From the NCBI RefSeq assembly GCF_001194135.2, contig NC_068990.1, forward strand, positions 30,176,203-30,240,202: a DNA stretch of 64,000 nt. Direction: 5' to 3'. The DNA is from Octopus bimaculoides. Taxonomy: Eukaryota. Under the pieces are notes generated by a model. It was not told where the DNA came from, made no database searches, and saw only the letters and a program-made list of their open reading frames with translations. Made by a program: the position numbers and the translations under genes. Shown here piece by piece: positions 13,501 to 26,608 of this stretch (positions are counted from its first letter, which is position 1; every line of letters starts with the position of its first letter).

Positions 13501-16500
13501 NNNNGTGCAATGGGTAAATTGTTGCCATTTTATATTTTTAATTCCGTGCACGTGCATTGTTTGTTTTTGATTTTGTTGACTACACAATATAGTAGGGTCA
13601 GTTGGTCACCGTCTGTGAGAAAAACAGCACCATAGCACCATGATGCAATTCACTTTGCCAGAAATTTTGAAACAACATGCTGTACTGCTTGGTGTTCATG
13701 CCAGAAGCTCTAGTATAAACAGTTGGTGAACACAGAACAACCGTTGGCTTGCCATGTCCCCAAAACGTACCGAGAGTGATAAAAATCAAACATCCAATCA
13801 ACATCATGGTGTTTCGATTGATCACTAATGATGGTGACATTATACCTCCATTCATAACATCCTCACACTCACGTGGCCGCACACTCCCCATAGCCCCACA
13901 CTCAACACAGAGGCCTACATCAAGTACCTGGAAGAGGTAGTGCTGCCGTGGGTCAAGATGGTGGCTGTTGGAAGACCCTATATCTGGCAACAGGACTCTG
14001 CACCATGCTACACAAGCAAGAGAACCCAGCCATGGCTTACCTCTGTGAGGACCAACACTCGAAAGAAACTCGACAACTTTGCCCCCATGGGGCCCAATAC
14101 TTGAAAGGAACTCAGCTACCTTACCTCTGTGAGCCTAACACTCAAAACGAACTCAGCCACTTGCGTCCATGAGGCCCAATGTCCAAAGGAACTCAACCAC
14201 TTGCCTCCATGAGGCCCAATGCCCAAAGGAACTCAGTCACCTTGCCTCTGTGAGGTCCAACACTCAAAACGAACTCAACCACTTGCCTCCATGAGGCCCA
14301 ATGCTCTATGACTCACACATAAATACAGGTACATACCTACCTTGATTCACTGAATTTTTAGCTTACATGCTGTTTGTGTACAGAAAACTTGAAACCATCA
14401 AACCAACAGTAATATTCAAGTTAGAGTTTACCTACAGGTAAATTAAGAAGCATTTACTGTAAGCTGTGTTGTTCATAGACAAAATGGTACAATTAACTCT
14501 TTAACCTTTAAACTGGCCAAATTCCAGCCTAAATTTTCTACTTGTTTTATGTTCAAACTGGACAGATGTGGCCTTTCACACCTACCCTACAATGTCATTC
14601 TAAAGATATGTAATCTCATCACTGGAATCTCAAAGCTAGAGATAATGCATGATTAATTGAAAACAATCTAAATAAATAAGGATTACATTTGTCAAAGAAA
14701 TCTGAAATGCTAAAGGGTTAAGCTGAAACTGAAGTAGGGTAATGATCCAGGGATTTTGTCATGAACTTGGGGTCATATCCTGTCAAGTGTACACCAAACT
14801 ATAGGTGAAACAGTCTCAGTAACTATAGTTAGATTACCACTGTTGCCATTTATTGTCTTGTCAACAGTGTTATCTCAGCAGCAGTGGCAGACATAGCAGC
14901 AGCACCAGAAGAAGAAGAAGAAGCAGACTTGTAACAGAACTCATAGAGTTGTGTGGAAAGCTTGAAGTCCTTTATAACNNNNNNNNNNTATTACTAAGAG
15001 TGAGAGTAATTCTAGTGTAGGCTAAGATTATCTTAGCTTTCATTGAAGCCATCCATCTATGACTGTTTACTGTGTCATGTATGGAATGTGGCTCCTGCTG
15101 GATGAGTGACAATGCAAGAATAGACATAAGCTTAACACTTAAAAATACTTGGCTATAATGAAGTTTTAATTTTCAAGGGGTGTTTGGTGTAACGAGAGTT
15201 TTTAACTGAAGTAAAAATTTATTTTATGTTGAATTTATAGTTACGAACGAAGGCTTTCATCAGATTCTGTAACAATGTAAAAGAGTTATAGTAGATCCTT
15301 TGTGATCTTGGACAGAAATAACACGTTTTAGGGTGAGACACTATGTGAATAGGTTTATTAATTAAGACAATCATTTTATGCTCTTGTAATTACATAATCA
15401 ATCTTGGTGTATTTGTTCAATGTATATAAACTTACATGTTGAGATAGTTGGATAATTTGTCATTCTGTTGCCTGGTGTTTGCCTTTTATATCAGCTTTGT
15501 TATCTTATAGTTTGGTTTAGGCTTGCTTTATGTGCTCAAACAATACCTGGTGTAGGTGTTTCTATTCATGGAGAGACATAGCAGTGAGTGTTGCTCTTGC
15601 AATAAGCTGGTTAAGTTTTGCTACTCCCTTACTTCTTTACTTCACTTCCACACCATCATCATTTAATGTCCATTTTCCATGCTGGTATGGGTTGGATGAT
15701 TTGACAGGAGCTGGTAAGGCCAGGGGAGGGGGGTCACACCAGGCTCCATTGTCTGTTTTTGCTATTGTTTTTACAGCTGGATGCCCTTCCTAATTCAAAT
15801 CAATTTACAAAGAGTACTGGGTACTTTTTACATGGCACCAGCACCAATGCTATTTATGTGGCACCAGCACTGACAGGGGCACCAAGTAACTTGCAAGACA
15901 AGACTCCTTCGTTTGGAGTAGAGGTGGAGAGTAGTATTGAAGCAAGGGTGGCCATTTGAGAGATTAAAGATAAAGAAGGACAAGGATAGGTGTCTTACAT
16001 GTATACCCCAGTTGGAAGAGAAAGGATAGCGAATCAACTTCTCTTCATCTCAGAGAGATAAAATGGGGAAGGAAATGAGAAAAGTAATTTGTGACACACA
16101 ACTCTGAAAATCGAAACTCTATTAATTATTTTTTTCACTGAAATCGATTCCTGCATCATGCCATTGCTAAGACAATTCTTGATTTTGTCTCTTAGCTGTA
16201 ATTAAGTGCCATGGGTAGATAAAGATCCCTATCTGTTGCCAGGGATTAACTTGCAGTGCTGAATTTAAAGCCTACCACAGATTTATCTTGGAGATGAGTT
16301 AGATATCCCAGATAAAAATGAAATTGTTAATAGTGTTCCCAGAAGAGTTAGATATTCTAAATAAAGATAAAATTGTTAATGGTGTTAAAAGACCCAATTA
16401 GCATGACTGATTATAGTTATGTTCAACGAGCGCTCTCCTGTGGCTAAACAGCAACAACTTTCAAAATAATATATTTTAAACTGAGCATAGCAGGCCACAA

Positions 16501-18038
16501 TCAACTGGTCCCAACTTGTATGAAGGATGGCAATGTCATTTGAATGCCAAACATGAATGGATGTGAGGAACTAAAAATATTGCATGGCATTTTCTCTGCT
16601 GCTTTCGCTCTCCATTTTACATCAGTCCACCATCTTTACAAAATAATAAAGAAAATCACTTATGACGTAGAATTCTTCTGATTTTCTTTCAGTAAACCCT
16701 TTGAAAATTCTACAGATGTGGCCGGAGAGAAACCAGCCTCAAAAGATACCACCCAACTGGTCATTAATCCACAGGACAAAACTCAACAATGGCTACACAC
16801 TCTTACAGGAAGACAACACAGTTTTGGCTCTGATCTCTCAGCTGGGACCAATTCCAGTAGGTCAGTTATCAAATTTAACACTTAACTTATTATTGTTAAT
16901 TGTTTGGTTTATTGGCTGGTTGAGTGGGTTGGTGTCTTTCTCTGGCTCAGCCAGTGGAGGAGCACCATTGATCCTCTTTGATGCCTCCATGACTGCTAAG
17001 GAGAAGAAGAAGGAGTGGAGTAAGTTTTCCTTTAACCTTGAGACATAACCTGAATGGTTGCAACAGAGTGGCCACCACTGAAGCTATTCAGGACACCACA
17101 TGGAGTTAAACTAAGCCATGGATTAGATCTACCTCACCTCCCATGCAGGTTATATCTTGGTGGTATTGAGATAAGCCTGTATAATCTCCCACTGTCTTTT
17201 ATCAAACAAACTGCAAAGCTATCTCAATAAACTCTACCACCACTACAGCTACTGTGACCATAGCATCATTACCAACATCATCATCATCGTCATCGTTTTA
17301 ATGTCTACTTTTCCATGCTTGCATGGGTTAGACACACTTCATTGAGGCAGATTTTTTATAGCTGGCTGTCCTTCCTATTGCCACCCCTCACTGGTTTCCA
17401 AAGTAGGTAATATTTTCCCAAGGTTGGACATATTTACAAGGAAGATTGGAAATGAAGGCCCTACCTGTAAGATGATGATGATGATGATGATGATGCTTAT
17501 TTACAACTATTATGGAATGTCAGGGCAAGGAACCCCCACCCCTCTCGGAGTGGTTGGAGTTAGGAAGGGCATCCAGCTGTAGAAACTCTGCCAAATCAGA
17601 TTGGAGCCTGGTGTAGCCATCAGGTTTCACCAGTCCTCAGTCAAATCGTCCAACTCATGTTAGCATGGAAAGCGGACGTTAAACGATGATGATGATGATG
17701 ATGATGATGATGTATATACATACATATTTTTATGAGACACGTTCGTGTCCGTAGAACATGATCAATGCTTTATTTTGCTGAACTCTCATTTGTCGTTCAC
17801 AACAAGAGAATCAATCATCATCATCATATATATAAATATATCTTCTGTGTTTTACATGTTTCAGTTATTAGACTGTGGCCATGCTGGTGCGCCACCTTGA
17901 AGAATATTTAATCAAATGAATCGACCCCCAGTACTTAGTTTTTTAAGCTTGATGCTTATTTGATCAGTGTCTATTGCCAAAGAGCTAACTTACAGATATG
18001 TAAACACAACAACAGCATTTGTCAAGTGGCAGTGGTAG

Positions 18039-18073
<35 letters not shown>

Positions 18074-19066
18074 ACACACATACACACATCTATATGATTG
18101 GCTTCTTTCAGTTTCTGCCTACCATATCCACTCACAAGGCTTTGGTCAGCCTGAGACTATAATAGAAGAGACTTGCCCAAAGTACCCTGCCCTAGGACTG
18201 AACCCGGAACCATGTGGTTGGGATGCAAATTTCTTACCACACAGCCACACCTGCTCTTAACATTTGTACCTAAAACAAACTACTACTGTTCTTATTATTA
18301 TGGTTTAAACTGTTATTATCTGAGACAACAGAGCCTGTCAGTTGCATCTGTGAATCGGAATGTGGTAGGGGCTCTGATATTAATGGGGTTTATCAATGTT
18401 GAAAGGTCTGGCTACCATCAACAGCACTTAATTGTGAACCTTTCTCACTCAATGTAGTTTAAACTACAAAACAAATAATACCTACAAGTTGATGTTGAAA
18501 CCTGGCCAATGTTAATCTTGATTGAGTAGACCTATAATTAAAGGCATTCCACCTGTGACCATCCTGTCTTTCTTGAAATGTAATTTATCTTGGATTACAT
18601 AATCAAGCATGTCCTTCCATTTATCTTAAGATGTGATATGAGGAAGATTGGACTGCTATTTCTAGCATCTTGAGTGACTACATTGAAGAACTGTTATTGC
18701 TTCATAAGATTACAGTATTGTAAATTGGAGTGGAAGGAGTTAAGCCAGGCTGCCTGTGCTCCAGATATATGTCACCTTGAGAAGAGGTGTTCTTATGTGG
18801 ATCAGGTTACTGGAAGACCAGACATTCTTTCATAATTATGTAGGTGAATGAGTCTGGAGAGGAGAACAAGACAGCTTTGAATGAGTCTGATATGCATTGT
18901 AAGATTTAGAGTAATAAAGATCAAAGGAAGAGGCTTCTGCAGGTTGTTGCCACTCATATCGGTCAACCTCTTTTATCTTGACATGACACTTGTAATTTTG
19001 TTTGGTTTTCTACAAGTTTACTCAACAGTCTCTCTCTTTCTCTCTTTCTCTTTCTCTCTCTCTCTT

Positions 19067-19129
<63 letters not shown>

Positions 19130-20394
19130 AAGTCAATTTGTCGTTCACTAATTATTTTTATCGATGGTTTATTTGAGAAAATAAAATGCAACACCTTGCT
19201 TTTGGATGGTTTATTAACTAATTGGTTCTTTTTTTATGTTTTTTTTTGCCTTTCCATTCCTTGGCAGTTGTATAACAATTGATTATGTCCGTATCCTGGA
19301 TTGTTCTCCACTACATAAAACACTTAGAATTTCAGTGACCTATTCATTTCCCTGCTTTAACCCTTCTGCTACCAACCCATCCATGACCATCCCTGCTTCT
19401 TCTTTTAAAGTGATCTAAATTAAAATTTCGTATTGATTTATGTTTCAAACACCAGGTTTAATAATGACAATTTTATTTCATTAAATTCCTCATTGTTCTC
19501 AAAATTAATTAGAACAAGGCCACATATTTCATTAGAAATATAATGACAAAAGGGTTAACAATGTTGCATTGATTTGCTCCATTTCAAGTGATTTCCCATA
19601 TTTTAGATTCCTGACAATGATTCTCTCATTTTCACAACTTGGTTGAGTTTCATTTTGCCAGGTTCACATTGTGATGATTCTGGAATGCTACGAATTTTTT
19701 TTTTTTTTTTTTTAATTATTTCATGATTCCATTTGATATCAACAAACTATGCTGTGTACCCGTGCATAACAAGGGTATCATTTGCTCAGGCGTGTGACTA
19801 CAAGTTGACAATCGATATACTTGTCTGTGACTTACCCTGAAGGGTTCAAGAGATGAAACAAATCGTTTACTTTGTTTTTATTGTTGTCTACTTTTATTAT
19901 TTCATTTGTAAACAATATTAAACACTCATGATAAGCAATCATTAGTGACAGACAGAGCAACCCATGTCCATGCACCTCTTGCATGTTTGGCAATCACATA
20001 ACCAGCTACACTTCAAAACGGCGACCATTCCATTTTCTCAAATTAGGTACAGTATACTGCTTTTGTTCTTCTAAAATCATAAATTGCTTAACACTAACAA
20101 AACCAGTTCCTCATTCTACAAGGTGGCCTTTTCCGCTTTCCCTCTCTCAAACTACTATCTATGTTGCCTTAATGTCGTTTAGGAGCGTGGCTGTGTGGAA
20201 AACAGCTGGCTTCCCAACTATGTGGTTTTGAGATCAGTTCCACTATGTGACACTTTATGCAAGTGCCTTCTACTATAGCCCCTGGATGACCAAAGCCTTG
20301 TGTGTAGATTTGGTAGATGGAAACTGAAAGAAGCCTATTGTGCATGTGTATATATGTGTGTGTGTATATGAGTATGTATATATGTGTGTATGTA

Positions 20395-20433
<39 letters not shown>

Positions 20434-20849
20434 TTGTCCCCCACAACTGCTGACAACTAGTGTTAGTCTGTTTGTCTCCTCATAACTTAGCAGTTCAGCA
20501 AAACAGACTGATAGAATAAGTTTCAAGCTTAAAAACAATAAGCCCTGGGGGTCAATGCATTCAACAAAAAATTGTTCAAGGCAGTGCCCCAGCATGGCCA
20601 CAGTGCAATGAGTGAAACAAGTAAAAGCAAAAAAGATGAGAGAATAGAATGAAACCCTATTAGTTGATACGATCAACATTGTGGCAGTTCATTCGTTCAT
20701 TCATTATTCAATTGTTCTTGTTATTGTTTTTATTTATTTTGGTGAGTGTACCCGGAGGGGGGTCGGGTGGGGTGGTCAGTGTATTGAGCTCGTCAGGTTA
20801 TTTCATTTCAAAACTGCAAATCATAAAACTACATTCAGCTGGTGTTCTA

Positions 20850-20890
<41 letters not shown>

Positions 20891-22241
20891 GCATCATCAT
20901 CATCATCATTTAACGTCTGCTTTCCATGCTGGCATGGGTTGGACAGTTTGACTGAAAACTGGTAAGCCGGTGGTGGTGGGGCCGCACCAGGTCCCAGTCT
21001 GATTTGGCCATGTGCCAATAACCTGACACTGTCATCAGTCACGACTACGGTCTCACTTGGCTTGACAGGTTTACACAAACACGATATATTGCCAAAAGTT
21101 TTGGTCACCTGTCACTGCCACCATGAGGCCCAACGCTTGAACGGTGCTTTTTTCGTGCCACTGGCACAGGTGCCATAACAATAACATTTGATAACAGGAC
21201 TACAGTTTCTGTGATAGTATTTGCAACATTTCAAGGGCAGCAAGCTGGCAGAATTGTTAACATGTGGACAAAATGCTTAGCAGCATTTCATCTATCTTTG
21301 GGTTCTGAGTTCAAATTCCACCAAGCTTGACTATGCCTTTTATTCTTTCAGAGTCGATAAAATAAATACCAGTTACATACTGGGGGCAATATAATCAACT
21401 TAACCGCTTCTCTGAAATTGTTGGCCTTGTATCAAAATACGAAACCAGTATTTATAACATTTTGTGCGATACTGCTGTTTGTAAACTTCCTGTGATAATC
21501 TTCTGTGTGAACCCAAGTATGAGAGTAATCTGTGTAACTCCCTGTGTGACAGTCACTTAAAAAACCCATTGTTGTAACATTGACTGGAGTAATAAACTGT
21601 GTCATAACATAAGCATTTGATTTGTGTCTAACATATGCAACATATTGTAGGATTCTGTTGTGTAATTCTGATGTCTGTAACACTATATGATAACATATAT
21701 ATAACCTACAGTGTGATATATTTAACCTAATTATTTAACCTATAAATATTTATATATTTAACCTATAAATATTTATATACTTAACCTATATATTTGCATG
21801 AGACCCAACTCATGTAAAATTGTGATTCTTCAATTTTTATATTCATATGTGGCTACGTATAACTGGAATTAATTTACTACAAGACTTAGAAGACTTTCTT
21901 ACATAGAATTAATGATAGCAAGATGTTTATGAATAATTCTGAGAATGTCTCTGGCATGTAACTTTACTGATATGAACCAGAAAATTATCACCATCATCAT
22001 CATCATCATAACATCCAATTTTTTTTGCTGACATGGGTCAGATGGAATTTGTTGGGGCAGATTTTTCTGTCACCAACCCTCACTTGTTTCCAAGTAATAC
22101 TTAGGCCATGACCAGCTGTGTTTTCACAGAATATTGGAAATGACACTGCTTGTATGATGGTGATGCTCATTTACAATCATCACATGACGTCAAGACAAGG
22201 AAACACACACACTCATGCACATACATACATACACACACACA

Positions 22242-22295
<54 letters not shown>

Positions 22296-22334
22296 NNNNN
22301 NNNNNNNNNNNNNNNNNNNNNNNNNNNNNNNNNN

Positions 22335-22407
<73 letters not shown>

Positions 22408-23925
22408 TTATATATATTCCCTCTTCTTGTATTATAATTTTTGGGGATGAATTCTGTTGATATTAACAGATTTCCACATGTATATTCAGTAAAAGGAGAA
22501 TTCCTTCTGTATGATATGATAGCATATGGTAGCCAATATCTGAGGAGGAGCGTTGTAAAGCATGCTATAAGGTTATTACCCACATAATATTAAATCACAC
22601 ACACAAACACATATGAAGGACTTCTTTCAATTTCCACCTGCCAAATCCACTCACAAGGCTTTGGTTGGCTCAGAACTATAGTAGAAGACACTTGCCCAAT
22701 GTACCATGCAGTGGAACTGACCCCAAAACTTTGTGGTTGGGAAGCAAACTTTTAAGCCAATATCTTATCTACAGCTATGCCTATGACATAGGTTTCATTT
22801 GTCCCTGATTTGCTGTTCTTTATTTTTCAATAATTTTATTGCTACTTATTATAATATGATTTATTGCTCTTGTGTGTGTGTGTTGCCAATATTACTGTCT
22901 GCTGTCGGTGACATGTGGCCTGCTTATAGAAGTCATACCAAGAAGCTGTAGACATTCCACCTTCACCCTGTTTAAAATGCTGAAAATTTATTTAGAGGTT
23001 AATATTCTTGGTACTGGAGTATTGCATCTTATAGTATTGCTCCACATCCGTACTCTCCCATCAGAACTAACCTGCACTGGTTCCATCTTAACCAGAGTAC
23101 ATGTCTGGAAAATTTGCTGTAAGAAACTTTGCCATGCAAACAATGAAAAAACATATTATATCGACATTTTTAAAAATAGAACAAAATAATGGTAAACCAC
23201 TCTGTTGGGGTGGTTGGTGATAGGAAGAGCATCCAGCTGTAAAAGCTTGCTGAAACAGAAACAAAAGTTTGGTGCAGGCTGCTGCTGCCTGGCTGGCTGG
23301 CTCCTGTCAAACTGTCCTACCCATGCCAGCATGGAAGGTGGACATTAAATGATAATGATGATGGTGATACCAAGTACACCTGGCATGAGGAAAAGAGAGA
23401 TGTGAGGAATTTGAGAGTGGCCAGTAACATTGGTCAAAAAGCAAGACTTGTTAACTACTTCCAGATACATCCATGAAGTGCAATTTAAAGCCGGTGAGCT
23501 GGCAGAATCATTAGCACACCAGGTGTAATGCTTAGCGGTATTTCATCTACCGTTACGTTCTGAGTTCAAATCCTGCCAAGGTCGACTTTGCCTTTCATCC
23601 TTTCAGGGTTGATTAAATAAGTACTGGGGTCGATGTAATTGACTTAATCCTTTTGTCTGTCCTTGTTTGTCCCCTCTATGTTTAGCCCCCTGTGGGCAAT
23701 AAAGAAATAAATATTTAAGTGCAATTGTTGGGCAGTGAGCAAATGCTTGGAGGCATTTCGTCTGTCTTTACATTCTGAGATCAAATTCTGCCACCATTGA
23801 TTTTGCCTCCCATCCTGGGTGGGGGGGGTCAATAAAATAAATGAGTTGAGCACTGGGGGTCAGTGTCATCAACTTACCCCCTCCCCGAAATTGCTGACCT
23901 TGTGCAAAAATTTGAAACCATTATT

Positions 23926-23978
<53 letters not shown>

Positions 23979-24310
23979 TATTATTATTAAGGCGGTGAGC
24001 TGGCAAAATCATTAGCCTGCCAGGTAAAATGCTTGGCAGCATTTTTGTCAACCTTTACGTTCTGAGTTCAAATTCCATGAAGGTCAACTTTGCCTTTCAT
24101 CGTCTCATTGATGAGATAAGTACCAGTCACGTACTAGGGTCAGTGTTGTTAACTCCCCCCCTCCTTTACAATTGCTGGCCTTGTGCCAGAATTTGAAATC
24201 AATATTTCAGTGTCATCCAAATGACTATGATGTGTGATGTGCGTTGTAGTTAACAGCTGCTGCAGTGTGTGTCTCTGTGTATGGACTGGATGTTTCTCAT
24301 ATTTACTCTC

Positions 24311-24353
<43 letters not shown>

Positions 24354-24461
24354 TATACACTTGCAGGCACACAGACATAATTGCAAATATTCACACTTGT
24401 TGCCATAACAATTAATGAGTATTTACATATTTTTTCACTGTCATTGCCATACAGAAACATG

Positions 24462-24495
<34 letters not shown>

Positions 24496-26576
24496 CATAA
24501 ACACACTGATACACTTACTCATACATACTCTCACACTCTCTCATATATACACACACTTTACAAAGTCACCCACACGCATACACACACAATGATACATACT
24601 CTCACACTCTCTCATATATATACACATTTTACAGAGTCATGCACACACACATACACATACAGACATACTGATACACTTATACATACTCTCACACTCTCTC
24701 TCATATACACACTTTACAAAGTCACACACACACACACTAATTTATTATTGGAAGCAGCTGGAAGACTTCATTAAAAGACACTAAACTGTCTTCTTATATT
24801 ACTTCTTAGAAGGAATCCAATATTATGAAGATCAATTATTGATTTTTAGCTTTGAATGGAGATCATAAATTTATGGGAGAAATGTGTAGTTAGTTCAATG
24901 AACTCCAGTACATGATTGATGCTTCTTTCATTGGCTAAAGGGGTAATGTGAACTGGACAATAAGGGATATAACTCATCTCTGTCATCCTACTACTTGTGC
25001 CCCTCTTCTATCATCCTGGGTTAACTATAATATTATTGTTTCTTTATGCCAGATCAGACTGGTGCCTGGTGCAGCCTCCTGGCTTCCCAGACCCCAGTAG
25101 GACTGTCTGACCCATGCTAGCATGGAAAACGGATGTTAAATGATGATGATAATGAAGATGATGTCACTCACTAAAAATGTTTTTGTTTTTATTTCCAGCA
25201 TTGACATTCTTTTACAGAGCAGAGAAGCAAATCCTGAAGAAATCCTTCGAAGTCTTGGATTTGGATCTTCCCAAAACGATGAGGTCAAGGCACGGATTCC
25301 GCAACGTTTCTTTTCTGATTCTAAGTTCTGCATTGACGACTTTAAACAAAGATCCGAACTACAAGAACTTTTTGATTCCTGGAAATCTGAAAAAAATTCC
25401 TCAGGTCAGTTTTTAAATCCAGTCCATGTTAGTGAAACCATTCAGTTTTTTTCAGTGAATGAAGTCCCTTCACGTTACATGCAACCGAGCAGTTTGACCA
25501 TGCGGTCAATCATGGGTGCGCAGAAAAAAATTGAAGAAGAAAAAGAAAAGCAACAACAGCAACAACAACAACAAAAGCCATCAGAAGACAAGACACAAAA
25601 TGCAGAAAAAGCTGCTTTATCTTGCAAACTGGAAGAAAACCAGAAATCTCCAAAAAAGTTTGTAAAGCCTTCAGATGTTAATAAACGAATTTTAGAAGAG
25701 ACAAAGGCTTCGGTCAAACATTCTACAAATAAGTCTCACAGTCCTTACCATTCTCCCATACGGAACCCACTCCTTTCAGATCTCACTTTAAATGAAGAAG
25801 CATTCGATGATGTCAGTTGGTCATCGGAATCTAGTATTGCTATCACATCTTACATGAATATCCGTCTCGCTCCAAATGAGACTTTAGTATAGATGGATGT
25901 ACACCTGTTTCTTTCAGTCGTAAGTAGACCACCAAAGTGGTACCATCTCACAGAGCTGCTACTGTCTGTTGCAACATGTAGATTACATAGAGTGCACCCT
26001 CACTTCTCCTCCCAGCATGCAACATTCCAGTAAAATGCTTAAGCAGAGCAAATTTTGTCCTAGAGAAGAGAACATATTTATTACAAAGAGAAAAAACAAG
26101 CAAGCAGGATTGGTATGTCACAGAATAATAGTGTCTATCACAAATTCTTGACAATATGGCATCAATCTGAATTCCTTACCTGAGACAACAAAAGAAAAAC
26201 CAGGTACCACTACATCTGGTACCCTTTGACCTTTGGGTGGTGCGCAGCCAGTATCATATCTCCCTGCAAAATTATGTTTTACCAAAGATTTGCATGTTCT
26301 CCTTCCTGTCTGTGGTAGAATTAGTGCAAAAAAAATGAAGGGAATTTGCAGATATTTTCGTTATTTTGGTTCCATGTCATCTAGATGTGCATGATGGAGA
26401 ATAGTGAAGAAGGTATTGTATTTTTGTCCAGCACCTATTGTTGTTGTTATCATTATTGTTGTTGTTGCAATGATACCTTCGTTTGACTTGAACATTAAAA
26501 CATGTGGAACATCCAATTAAATTCTGGAATGTTCACTACACAGCATTCAAAGAAACTACAACTCCAAATAGACATA

Positions 26577-26608
<32 letters not shown>

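Noticed and set aside
14036-14305. CRISPR-like repeat-spacer pattern
   Set aside because: The whole unit is repeated and degenerate; no unique spacers.
20755-20775. G-quadruplex-like GGAGGGGGGTCGGGTGGGGTGG
   Set aside because: An isolated intronic G-run with no functional context.
25140-25198. Met-rich start MMMIMKMMS of ORF 25140-25892
   Set aside because: Comes from the (ATG)n tail of a family C element and intron sequence upstream of the true acceptor at 25198.
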